DNA of 49,253 bases, counting the filler, from Stramenopiles sp. TOSAG23-2 (taxonomy: Eukaryota), in NCBI GenBank assembly GCA_900128395.1. It is 2 parts of 2 records of this genome, joined end to end, with 100 filler letters (N's around TTAATTAATTAA, not from the genome) between each part and the next. Parts side by side here need not be neighbours in the genome. Positions count along the whole stretch, not along the records: positions 1 to 24,592 come from LT649462.1; 1 more part is not named here. One strand, given 5' to 3'. The translations under genes and the position numbers were made by a program. Below are positions 1-12,029 of the stretch, one piece after another. The notes beneath the pieces are model-generated. The model had not been told where the DNA came from and ran no database searches. It was given only the letters and a program-made list of their open reading frames with translations. The first letter of the stretch is position 1. Every line of letters begins with the position of its first letter.

Positions 1-96
1 AATAACCCCTGGTGTGTACGGCCTAAAAACGGACATTTAGCCCCTGGTGTGTACGGCCTAAAAAACGAAGAATAACCCCTGGTGTGTACGGTCTAA
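1..96. repeat. 35-bp-period tandem repeat (core CCCCTGGTGTGTACGGYCTAA x3), truncated by the window edge
   Basis: The core starts at 6, 41 and 76. AATAACCCCTGG recurs at 1 and 71, giving a 70-bp higher-order period. Confidence 0.9.
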
Positions 97-530
97 CATT
101 GTGACATTTGACGTTGTACTAAACCATACTCTAAGCAATAGGGACCACTTCGCTATAATCATTTGACACCCTTTGAAGTGTAAACCTTCGCTGCTAAGGA
201 TAATTTAAGTACATTAATAGAAACTATTTCACTATAAACACTATAAGATATTATACTACAATATTACACATAAATAATCCTTATAATATTAAAAACAACA
301 TATACCAACACGAGACACATTATTGACACCCACACACTTCAGGGCAGGGAATTTTTTATATTCTACAGTCTTTTTGATACTGATGCAGCTTATTCCATAT
401 AGTCTCAGCAAGTAGTATAAGTTAAAATGAATCACACCATTTTTTCTACTTTCATTTGTTATACTAATACTACTATTATACGAGGATGTACTACTACTAG
501 TCTATTATATCTATTAATATCTATATACAA

Positions 531-764
531 TATATCCTTTTAATCCACACATCCTCGTATATATACATATATACATCCTCGTATATATACATACATCATA
601 TTCTCATCGCCTTTAATTAAATAGTTTTAACCAGTACATAAACAATTTATATCCTTTTAATCCACACATCCTCGTATATATACATATATACATCCTCGTA
701 TATATACATACATCATATTCTCATCGCCTTTAATTAAATAGTTTTAACCAGTACATAAACAATT
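531..764. repeat. 117-bp tandem duplication
   Basis: 531-647 is repeated at 648-764 with no difference seen. Confidence 0.9.
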
Positions 765-767
765 GCC

Positions 768-2390
768 ATGAGAGCTATATCAAAATTTTTGTCTTCAAGG
801 AGGAAGAAAAAAAACAAGAAAAAAACTATAATGGTTAGTAATAACAATGTAACATCGTCAGATAGTAATAATAATAATACAGTTCAAACAAAGGAAAAAT
901 TTAATAACAATACTACAACCTCGCCTTCTTCAAGATCTTCAACGTCTTTTCGATCTTCTCGTGCTTCGCCTGGGCGATCGCCGCCATCCACGCCATCTTC
1001 ACTTAGTGGCAAAAAACCATCTTCATCAAATAAATATGGATATAGAAAACATGTAAATAATAATAATTCCAAGAATCGTAATAGTAGTACACCATTGCCA
1101 AAACAACCACAAGAAGAAGACAATGAAAATTTAAAATTTACTGCGGATTTTTTAAGCGTATTTAATAATACGGCAATAGAATATGAAAATTTATTAGACC
1201 AATTAGCACAAACACCGCAAGATAGCCCGGAATATCAAGATATAATTTATAAAGTAAACGAATTTCGTACATCTTTACAAGATAGTGCAAGAAAATTAGA
1301 CTATCAACTATTTCATAAAAATGCATACGCAAATAAAATTATTAATTATCTTGAAATATTACGTGCAACATTTATGAAAACATGTAAAACTTGCAAAGAA
1401 ACGACGATGACTTTGCAAGCACTTTTGAGATACAAAGATTACGAAATGACAGAGTTTGATACCTTCATTCAAGGAAATTATAGTGGACTTAGTGGAATAT
1501 CGCCGAAAAAAAAAAAAAGACCAACATCACCATCATCATCTTCGTCATCGTCCCGTATAATGTTATCATCAGCACGGAAACGAATTAGCAGTAGCAATAA
1601 ATATAAAAATAATAACAATGGTGAAAGGAATAATACGAATAATACACCACATGATGATTTAGAAGATGCATTGTTAGAATTATTGCAAGAAGCAGGTAAA
1701 ATAGATTCAAATATAGCGATAAAAGATGACGATGATGATGATGGGAAAAAAAAAATACAAGACAATACATACCTGAAACCCGTTGAGTCGATTGGTGAAA
1801 GCAGAAGGAAAAATAAAAAACCTGTAGTGTATTCTGGTTTACATGAAGATATACATAATAATAATCCACCACATCCCGTTTCATGGGAGCCAGTTTATGC
1901 ACAATTAAGAGAGGCAAAAGCGGTAATTGCGCTGCAATTAGAAAAGTCGAGATCAGATTTAAAACGAAATGTACATCCATATTTTATTCGCGATTTACGT
2001 CGTGATGTAACAGTTAAATGTACGGCAAAAGAATTGCAAGATGATGGTGTCTTCTTACTAAATGAATATAATTTGGAGCAATTGGGTGAAGGTTTAGGAT
2101 TATATGAACGTGGTCGAACATTTAAAGCTATTACAAAAAGATCATTGGTTATTGAACCATTTTTAGATTTTGTACCTCGTAGTGAAGCCATGAAAAATTA
2201 CGTATCTGCATTAGAGACAATTGTATATAGTAAGAAAGATATTGATGTGGAGAATGATTTGTATAATATGCATAATGCTGAGATTAGACAAGAAGTTTTT
2301 GGTGAAAATATCGAAAGAATATATAAAACAAACAAAAACAGGCATATACGAAAAAGATCGTCTAACATAACATCATCATGGCAACGTTAG
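768..2390 (+). CDS. Hypothetical protein (Ser/Asn/Lys-rich low-complexity segments plus helical regions)
   Basis: A 540-aa ORF in very AT-rich DNA; no family recognised. The true start may be the downstream Met (MVSNN). The 3' end overlaps the next ORF by 13 nt. Confidence 0.7.
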   Translation: MRAISKFLSSRRKKKNKKKTIMVSNNNVTSSDSNNNNTVQTKEKFNNNTTTSPSSRSSTSFRSSRASPGRSPPSTPSSLSGKKPSSSNKYGYRKHVNNNNSKNRNSSTPLPKQPQEEDNENLKFTADFLSVFNNTAIEYENLLDQLAQTPQDSPEYQDIIYKVNEFRTSLQDSARKLDYQLFHKNAYANKIINYLEILRATFMKTCKTCKETTMTLQALLRYKDYEMTEFDTFIQGNYSGLSGISPKKKKRPTSPSSSSSSSRIMLSSARKRISSSNKYKNNNNGERNNTNNTPHDDLEDALLELLQEAGKIDSNIAIKDDDDDDGKKKIQDNTYLKPVESIGESRRKNKKPVVYSGLHEDIHNNNPPHPVSWEPVYAQLREAKAVIALQLEKSRSDLKRNVHPYFIRDLRRDVTVKCTAKELQDDGVFLLNEYNLEQLGEGLGLYERGRTFKAITKRSLVIEPFLDFVPRSEAMKNYVSALETIVYSKKDIDVENDLYNMHNAEIRQEVFGENIERIYKTNKNRHIRKRSSNITSSWQR

Positions 2391-3412
2391 CAAAGGATGC
2401 TTCATCATCCTCGTCGTCAAAGGTGAAGACAAATGTATCGTCGGAACAAACAAAAGTATTGAAAGAAATCATGGAATCAAATGCTTCTACTATTACAGGT
2501 GCAGAAAAGTTGAAAAAATTAAATAAAAGCTATCAAGAAATGATTAAAAAAACGCGTACAATTGAAACTGCATTTGCATTGACACAACATAAAATTGATA
2601 CTCTTACAAATGAACGAGATATATACTTACAAGAAAAAACAAATTTAGCAGCTCGTACAGAAAAGTTGGAAAAATTATGCCGGGTTTTACAAGAGACAAA
2701 TAAGAAAATTTTGGAGGAAAATAAAAATAGTTTATTAATTGAACAAGAAAAAAGAAAAGAACAATCTGAAAAATTTGAAAAATCCATTAGCAGTATTTCT
2801 ACACAAATTGAAAGCCAAGCGCAAGAGAGAATCAAAGAAGCGAAAGACAATGAAACTTTGAGGAACAAACTTAAAAAAATCATTGAAGAATTTCAACTTC
2901 GGGAAGAACATTTTAAAAACCAATTGAAAACGGAGGACTTAAAACGGCAATTAGCTGAAGCACAGCATAAACAAAAAATTGCAAGTATGCAAGAAGAAAT
3001 GACTAAAGTTGAGTTGTATAAAAAACAAATTGAAATATACAATCAATCTGAACAGCAATACAAAGATACGATTAAATTATATAATGAAAAGTTTGAATCA
3101 TTTAATGGAACTTTATCTGAAAGTAACAAAAGTTTTGTGGCTTTAAGAAGTGAATTAGAGAAAGTGAATAAATTAAAGAAAAGATCTGATATTGAAAACA
3201 AAAATTTAAAGGCTCGTGAAGTGACTTACATTAAACAAAAAGATAAATTATCTGATTTATGTAAATTGTTGCAAAAAGAAAGAGGAAATTTACGTAAAGA
3301 AAATAATAATTTAAAATTTAAATTGGTAAAATTGAAAAAGCAATTTGGGGTGAAATTAGACGATGATGATGACGATAATACGAAAAATAAAAAAACAAAT
3401 GCCAATAAATGA
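2378..3412 (+). CDS. Taxilin family coiled-coil protein
   Basis: Taxilin signature segments KLEKLCRVLQ, LREEHF, LYNEKFESFNGTLSESN and KLSDLCKLLQ. Confidence 0.85.
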   Translation: MATLAKDASSSSSSKVKTNVSSEQTKVLKEIMESNASTITGAEKLKKLNKSYQEMIKKTRTIETAFALTQHKIDTLTNERDIYLQEKTNLAARTEKLEKLCRVLQETNKKILEENKNSLLIEQEKRKEQSEKFEKSISSISTQIESQAQERIKEAKDNETLRNKLKKIIEEFQLREEHFKNQLKTEDLKRQLAEAQHKQKIASMQEEMTKVELYKKQIEIYNQSEQQYKDTIKLYNEKFESFNGTLSESNKSFVALRSELEKVNKLKKRSDIENKNLKAREVTYIKQKDKLSDLCKLLQKERGNLRKENNNLKFKLVKLKKQFGVKLDDDDDDNTKNKKTNANK

Positions 3413-3509
3413 AATAAATATCCATGATGGTTGAAATCAAAACGGATTTCACACCATATTTCGCGGCAGAAATTTAACTGCATGCACATGGTGCGACAGG
3501 CATGATAAT

Positions 3510-3809
3510 ATATGACAATATCTAAGATATTATTTTGCATGAATTTCATCATGTGGGAGTGGTATTTTGTAAGATGTATGATCTGTATTATTAAAGTATA
3601 AAACACGCTTTACATGTGTGTATTTTAATAATTAAAAATGCATAACTTATTTTATTACAATATGACAATATCTAAGATATTATTTTGCATGAATTTCATC
3701 ATGTGGGAGTGGTAGTTTGTAAGATGTATGATCTGTATTATTAAAGTATAAAACACGCTTTACATGTGTGTATTTTAATAATTAAAAATGCATAACTTAT
3801 TTTATTACA
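3510..3809. repeat. 150-bp tandem duplication with one substitution
   Basis: 3510-3659 matches 3660-3809 except GGTATTTTG versus GGTAGTTTG. Confidence 0.9.
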
Positions 3810-3815
3810 CATCAT

Positions 3816-4075
3816 ATCATACGCAAACTCTCTCTCTATTTCAAATTGTCCATGGACAAACGTGATTCTGCATTGTTGTCTGATCCAGTGGTTGTGGTAG
3901 TGGCTGGGGCATCTACATACACGCTACCAGTCCTAGTAATATGAAATCATACGCAAACTCTCTCTCTATTTCAAATTGTCCATGGACAAACGTGATTCTG
4001 CATTGTTGTCTGATCCAGTGGTTGTGGTAGTGGCTGGGGCATCTACATACACGCTACCAGTCCTAGTAATATGAA
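3816..4075. repeat. 130-bp tandem duplication covering the 3' end and stop codon of the coiled-coil gene
   Basis: 3816-3945 is repeated at 3946-4075. Confidence 0.9.
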
Positions 4076-7000
4076 CCCGTTGTGAAGAAGATCCTATGCG
4101 TCTGCTGCTGCTGCTGCTACTACTACTATCAGTACTTCCAACTCCAATTGTACTTGTACCACCTACAGTGCTTCTTAAAAGATTCATCTCGTTTGTCAAT
4201 TCCGCTATTCTGCTTTCTGCTTTTGTATGGCGACTTAAAACTGTATTTAATTTGCTACGTTCGTTATTAATTAAACGATCGGCCTCTTCGGCTTGTTGTG
4301 CTAATTCATTTCGTAAAATTCGCATGCGTTTATGATCTAATGCATTTTTTTTCCTTAAAGTTGCCATTTCTGCTTCATATCGATCTTTGATACTTTTGAT
4401 TTGTACTTGTGATTGGCTTAATAGATTATTGCTATATTTGTTATTATCAGATCTTAACTTTTCATTTTCAAGCTCTAGTCGCAGCCTTTCTTGTTTGCTT
4501 TGAGCTAATTCAGTCATGATTTCTGATGTAGAGGATTCCACATTTAATTGATTGATTGTATGAAATTGTGCTGATTGTTCATACATTTCGCGCTTTTGTT
4601 GCTCAATTTGGCTTTGCATTGCTTCCTTTTGTGCTAATATCTCTCGCTCTAGTTTTGTCCTAGCTGCTTCCATTTCTATTTCCATCCTGACTTTTTCATT
4701 ATCCAACTCTGCCATCTTCCTTGCTCTTTCCTCTCGTACCTTCATTTTTTCCATTTCAATTTCCTTTTGCATTTGCTCTTTCTCCAATTGAACTTTGCTA
4801 GATTTAAACTTATCTTCCGCGTCAATAGTTGCTTTAAGATTTGCAATATCCGTTTCTGATCTTTCTTTAATATCTTGCATTTGCATTTTGGATAGCTGCT
4901 TTTCGCGCTCGATTTCATTTTGCATTGTGGCCATCTCTTTTTTCTGCAACTCAACGGCTAGTTGTAGTTGCTTCATTTCATTTACTGCTTCCATTTTTTC
5001 TCGCTTTGAAGTGGAAACCTCAATTAAAGCGCTTTCCAATTGTGTTTGAAGATTTAAAATATCGTCTTTGTGCAAAGTAGATGCAGTATCCAATTTATTA
5101 GTCAATTCTCTTATTGTCTTCTTGCTTTCTTCAATAGTGTATATCTTTTGAGCCTCCGCGCTTTGTTCCAATGAATCTTGAACTATATTTTGCAATTGTT
5201 TCAAACCATTGCTGTAACTTGCTTTGTCAATGCTTAAAAGTGCTTCTTGTACTTTTTGAGGTATGTGAATATGTGCTGACAATGCAATCAAAGTTCCATC
5301 GTAATTATTTAATCTTTTTTTCAACGTTGAAATTGTTTCTTGGTGTTCCATTTCACGTGTACGCAATGATTCTTGCATATTTTCCCTTTCGTTTCTTGCG
5401 TTATCCATGTCCCTTTCAAGTGTCAAAATATCTTTTTTATATTTCTTAAAATCTTCTTTGTATGATTCTATAGATAATGTAAGTTCTCGAACACGCGATT
5501 CGCTTTGGGAAACTTTATATTCTAACTCGCTGTTTTTGCCTTGCAAAGCATTGTTTTCAGACACTTGCTTTTCGAGTAACTCTGCTTTGAATGTCTCCAA
5601 CCGTTCGACTTCTTGGTCGGCGTTTTGCTTAGACGATGAAATACGATGCTCTAAACTTTGCATGGTTGCATTGTGCATATCTTGCATTCGTTGTATTTCT
5701 TCTTTATGAGCTTTATTTAAACGATCATTATCAAGTGCAAATTGCTTTCGTAATTCTTCATATGATTTTTGTGCATTTTTCTGTGCTTTTGCATACATTT
5801 CAGTCAATGCATTTCGAAATTTTGATTGCATTTCTCGTACATATTTATAAATGTCATTACGCATATTATCGATTTCGTTCGTAGATTTTAATCGTATGTT
5901 TGACAATTGTTCCTTCATTTTTCGTACAACTTGGCGCAACGTACTTTCATATTTCATTCGTATTTTGCCAAACTTTTCTTTTTGTGAATTTATGTATATA
6001 GATTTTTCTTTAATAATGGCTTTTAAATTGGCAGTTTTACTTTCTAATGCTACCCGTTCGGAATTCCAGGTAGCTTTTCCGTGTTGTATATCCGATTGTA
6101 AATCATTTGATTTTTGAATTTCAAGTTTTAACGTTCGCTTTAATGTTTCTATTTCTTTTAATAACATGCGCTTTTCTTCATCTAATGTCTGATTATCGAT
6201 AGCATCGCGACGAACACGAGATTTTGCGGTATTTAAATTGACTTGAAGCGTTTGCATTTCTCTTTGATGACTATTAATATTGTCCAACAATCTTTTGTTC
6301 GATTCCTGGGCTTCATCATATTCTCTTGTTGAGTTGTCAATCATCTTCTTTTGCATTGTCATAGTTTGTGTTAAATCTTGTAATGCCTCTGTTTTTTTTT
6401 CTAAAACAATTTCTAACACATTCCGTTTGGCTATTTCATCCATCAATCCATGTTTTAAACAAGTCATATACCTAACTATATCAGTAAATGAAGATTTTAA
6501 CAATTGAACACCAAAATTTTCACCGCTGATATCAACAACCGGTGTACCATCTGTTTCGCTGTACGATATTACGGTAGATGTTCTTGATGGCAGATTTTTG
6601 GTCTTTTCGTACACACTGATACTATCGTTATTACTGCGTGACATCTTTAATAGCGATTTTTCCAGCATGCCATATTCCCCAGTATCTTTTCTCAATTGCT
6701 CCTCTGCCTCTTTCAACGACTTGCGCAACATGTTTCGACTGTTATCAAGCTCTTGTATAACTTTCATTTGGACATTAGAATTACTAATATTCTCAATTGC
6801 TAATGCAGACACGCTCCCAAATTCATCCATTTCACGTTTAATCATCGATATTGCATGGCGGATCCAATCGCTACCATTGCGATCTTTGTCCAAGAATTGT
6901 TTTCTCTTGAACGTTTCGTATTGAACATCTAATGCTATTGCTGTTTTTCTTTCACGCTCCTCATCTTTCAATAAGTTTTGATCAAACTTGTCCAATGCTG

Positions 7001-10000
7001 CTTTTGCTTTTCTCACATTGTTAAGATGTACTTTCAATCTTTGTTCTTTTAATTCATCCATTTCTTCCACCAATTGATTGTAGTCCACTTCCATGTTACG
7101 AACTTCATCATCTGCTAAGTGGCACTCTTCGACTAATTCTTCTCTTTTGTTTGGATCGCCGGCTTCATCTTTTTTCTTCTTCATTTTTTTTCCTTTACCA
7201 TTAGTACTTTCATCATTATTATCCTTGTCAGCTTCATCTTTTTTATTACGATGGCGAGTGCGAGTCCTACGTCGATCTGGATTTTTCTTGTGAGCCGGCT
7301 TCTTCCCATTGCCACCCGATGCTTCATCTACTGCAACATCAAATGCAGCTAACAAACGCTCTGCTTGGGCTCTTCTCGTCTTGGCTTCGTTTAAGGCTTC
7401 TAATGCGTCACTTTTCTTACTTTCAACTTCTAACGTCACGGCTTTGAATTGTTCGTTCTTCTCTTTAGTAGCTTTGCGCAAATCTAAAATTAAGGTCTTC
7501 CTCCTTTTAATCTTTTCATTAAGTTCGCTTTGGCCTGGTAATTTTTTGTCACCTTTAACAATACGATCGATAACACCACGATCATGAGCTTGTAAATCTT
7601 GCATTGCAGCTAAAAATCTTCCACGGACAAATTCGCGGTCGGAAAATTGTTTTTTTCTTAATTCTGCTAATATTTTAATGCGATTAACAATATGAGTTGA
7701 TAACTTCATCTTTGCATTTGTTACTACCTCCTTTGCTTTTTCAACATCTTGTTTTCGTTGGTGTAACAAATCTTGTCGCACTCGATTTTCATTATTAGCC
7801 AATGTTCGTTCCTCCTCTGTGCGATCACGTTTTGATTGTTCCCTCAAAACTCTATAAGATTGGATTTTTTCTCGAACATCTCTACGTTCGCTCTCCGAAT
7901 TGGCATTATCATGTAGGAACAATGAATTTTTGATTTTCTGTTCTAGATCACTTTCCTCTTCAATATGACCTTCAATACTTAGCACCAAATCCATGCTGAT
8001 TTCTTTCGCCTTGGATTTAATGTAATTATTATCATCTTCCGATAAACCATTTGAAAATGCTTGTTTCTTTTCTTTCAACTCTTCCTCAGCAGATTTCACT
8101 TTTTCTCTGAAAGCATTTTCTTCACTGCTTGCTTGTGCCACTGCCCCCAGATATCTTTCATGTACTGTTTTATCATGCTGCATCAGCGCATATTCAGCTT
8201 GAGCAACCCTTTCGCTAAGTCCTAAACGCGTCATATCTTCCGTATTCGTTGTCTCATCAACTTTCAAAGCAGACATAAATGAATTTAATTCATGATCCAT
8301 TTCTGATGAAGAGCGGTTCGATGATGTGCTACCTTTTTTTTTGTTTTTGAACGTATTTAACATTCGCAGTACCATTAAAAGCGATATGACACTTTCTTTA
8401 ACGGAGGAACGGGCTAGCATTTGTGTATCATTCTCAGATATGGCTATTTTTTCAGCAATTGCATCTTGCTCTTTAGTTTTTGTTTCTATTATTGTGTTTA
8501 ATTCCTCATTGCGTAAGTTCTGCTCTTCGTGCTTGCCTTGAAGATCTTCTAATTTTTCATTTAAATCATCTGCACGATCTCGAGCTTGTTCCATCATTTG
8601 TTTCAAATGTCCTATATTCATGGATGCTTCTTCTAGATGCTGGGTTAACATCATATTTTTGTGTCTTTCGCTATCAGCATTGGCTCTATGTTCCATCATA
8701 ACTTGTCTATCTTCCTTGGATCTCATCTCCATATCTTCAGCTTTTTGCTTTGCATCATCGAGTTCATTTTGTAAATCTAAAATTTGCTGCTGCATACGAC
8801 CTTCTGCAGCACGGAAATTACCTTCCAGTTCCCTACCTTTGTCCTTCATCCTTGCATTTAAATCAGTTTCTTTGCGTACTTGGATTGCTCTTTGTTTATT
8901 ATTCATTTCTACGCGTAGGGCATTTAACCGTGTTTTTAATACTTCTTCGTGTTGCTTTAAACTAATATGATCACGAGCATTTTCCAACAAACGTTTATTT
9001 ACTTTTTCTCGTAAGTTATCCTCTCTTTTCTTTGCATCTTCATTTGCCTCGCGTGCCTTTTTCTGCGCTTCATCTAAATCCTTTAATTTTTCATTGATTA
9101 ACAATTTATATTTGTCTTCCATTTTTTGTCTTTCTAATCCAACACGCTTTTACGTCTCTCGTTCAACTTCATTTCTATCTCTTTGTTCCGCTGCATTTTT
9201 CATATTTAAATCCGCAGTTAATTTCACAATTTCCATTTCTTTTTCATTTACTTTCTTTTCCATTGAATCCATGCGCAAGCGAACGGCTTCCTCGACACGT
9301 TGTGGCTCATCAATCAGCCTGGCATTTGCTATATCTAAATCTGTTCGTAGCGCAGTAACTTGTTTTTGCAACTCATCTACACCCCTGGCTACCTCGTTTG
9401 CAGCTGCTAAATTTACCTTTGCAATAGCATATTCTTTCGATGCATTTTCTATCTGTTTCTTTAATTCATTTATTTCATCAGCAGCTTCATTTAAATCCTC
9501 CTGTTTCGATCTCATTTGATCTTTAAAATCATGTTTTAACTCTTTCATATGTTTATGTGCATCATGAATCTTCTCTTTCAATCGAATTATTTTATCCTTG
9601 TATTTTGCATGATCAGATTCTTTCACTTTTGTATCCATTTCAGCGATTGATTCCATTTTCTCCCCTAATTTTACATATTTCTCACGTAGCTCCAAACGTT
9701 CTTTCTCTGATTGTTCTAATAATTTGACTGTCTCTTCTAGCGATTTTTTTGATTTTTTCCAATCTTTTTTCACTTCTTTTGCTTTCTCTTTGACAGTTTT
9801 GACTTTTTTCTTATTTTCCTCTATTTGAGTTTGTAATTGGATAATTAATTTATCATGAGCTAATTTCAATGCATGCATTTCCCTTTCTTTTTCCTCAAGC
9901 ATCTTTTTGATTTTCTCTTCATAATCTTGTTTTGATTCTGCTAATTTTGTTTCAAGATATTCTACATTTGGTCTGTTATTGCCAATCGACCTTCCTACAT

Positions 10001-11219
10001 CAACCTGTCGTCGTTTTTTTAATTTGTCGATTATTTTTGTATCTGCTAGACTTGATTTAAACATCCCTTGCATTCTGCTACTAGCTGCATTCCTATAAGA
10101 TGATAAACCTTGTTGTTGATCGAATAACATCAACGCGTTGTGTGCATCTGTTAATTCCTCAATTAATTGTTCTCTTCTATCATCATTAACATCATTAATA
10201 TTACCACTTCGTTGTACTTCCGTTTGTCTTTGTATATCATATTCCTTTAAATTATTTTCAGCTATTGTTACTCTATCCACATATATAGCTCGGGAAGTAA
10301 AAGCTGTGCTGCCAGCTGTTTGTATGTTTGATATTCCTAATGGTTGCATTGGTGATTGCGGTGATGTAATTATGCCACCGGCATTTCCATACGATATTTT
10401 ACTTTCCCTATTATTCATATTAAAGTTTGGTTGTTGATTTCGTAAAGGAGATGTTTGTATACTCTCCCTTAGACGAGATAATGCTGCTGATATCGTTGGG
10501 TCATTTATATTATTATTATTATTATTATTGTTGTTATTGTTTTCACTATCCATTTCAAAGTTGGTTCTTACATTCGTTGTAGAATTATTAAAGTACATAT
10601 CATTATTATTGCCACCTCCACCACTTATACTAGAGCGAAGTTTATTTAATGCTAACTCCACTTGATGGGATTCTTCACCTTGTTTTTCAATATAATTTTT
10701 TAACTTTTCCTTTGTTACTTTCAAACGTTTTTTAGATGCTTCAAGCTCGCTTTCTAGGTATGGAATTCTAGAAACTTGTTGTTGTAAATTATCTATTTCT
10801 TCCGACAAACGCTCATTGTGCCTTTTTAAATGTTTTATATCTGCATCTTTCTTTGCTACTTCTCCAGCAAGTGCTTGGAATGATTTTTCTCTCTCTGTAT
10901 TTAAAGATGCTTCAGCAATTTCTTGCGAACGCTCCATAATAAATGGGCTTGTAACATCACTGTCTTGCATAGCTGTGATAGCATCATCATGCACAACTGC
11001 TAAATATGTTTCGCGTACTTGTGTCGATAGACTTTTCAATCTTGCTTCATATATTTCTTTTAATTTATTATATCTATCTTTAAATTGTTCTTGTAAATCT
11101 TCAATATTAGTATGAAAATCAATCATTAATTCATGGGCAACTGTTGGTGATGTTGGTGGTTGGGTGTAATTCAATCCGTGGATTAAATTATCATTCGATA
11201 CATTTTTCGATCCTTCCAT
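3966..11219 (-). CDS. Giant coiled-coil protein (about 2400 aa) interrupted by a single in-frame TAA at 9150-9152
   Basis: ORFs 9150..11219 (689 aa) and 3966..9122 (1718 aa) are in the same frame. The junction reads EVERET*KRVGLERQKMEDKY, and both parts are E/K/Q/L/R-rich heptad-like sequence. Confidence 0.75.
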
Positions 11220-12029
11220 CGTATATTATCTTTCATAAATATATATACAGATAGATAGGTAGGTAGGTAGATAGGTAGATAGATTTGCTTTCTTTGTTAA
11301 TTTCATTTTTCTATTTCTTTCTTCTATTCTCAACTTATTATTATTTTGGTAATTACATATCTCGCAATCAATAGTTTTTTTATAGAAGAGATGATGCTTC
11401 TTTTTTTTATAACGTTCTTGATTTCTGGATTTCCAGGCTAAAGTACACAGCTAAGTGTATACGAGGACATAGGTAGAGCGATAGAAACTTGGAAAGCTTA
11501 AAGCCGCCTATTTAACGCTAGACGTATCGGATACAATAAATAAGCCGCCACTAGCTTTACGAATAGAGATAGCGAGAGAGCAGTAGTATGGTCAATGGTA
11601 TTGCCATCCTAATCCTGCCAGGAGTGCCATCCTGCCCTGGAGCTGGAAGAAATTTTTAATGGTGGTGAATGGTGAAGCCATCTTCTTTTTTGTTTCCTCC
11701 TCATCACAAGCAATTCACAGGCAATTGCCAGTCGTCAGCAGTGCCAAAATAATAGCAATAGAGAATACAGTTTTTTGTATACAGATGTAATATAGATCAA
11801 AATCAATATATATATATATATCCTTTTATGTATACATTAATATAATAGCTGTAGGAACTAATTGATGTGACATACTCGTAGATGAACAACACGTATCAAA
11901 AGTGTTTGTTTTGTTGTTCAGATATATATTCTCAGTAACAAAATAGATTGGGATAAAAAAATATAGAATAGTAAAAAAAGAGACGTAAGGTGAAGAAGTT
12001 ATACGTATTTTTTTAATATACATTGAAAG

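Noticed and set aside
1-96. CRISPR array
   Set aside because: The linkers are only about 10-14 bp and partly recur, the context is eukaryotic and there are no cas genes.
9150-9152. TAA reassigned to an amino acid (ciliate-like code)
   Set aside because: Conserved genes here end at TAA at the expected positions, and other long ORFs have no internal TAA/TAG.
4082-11115. Numerous short plus-strand ORFs antisense to the coiled-coil gene, and similar shadow ORFs elsewhere
   Set aside because: Their Ser/Phe/Leu/Cys-rich composition is the expected antisense shadow of E/K/Q-rich coding sequence.
11437-11449. 13-mer GCTAAAGTACACA shared with 40060-40072 in two divergent spacers
   Set aside because: Many chance 13-mer matches are expected in 49 kb of AT-rich DNA; two full copies are insufficient.
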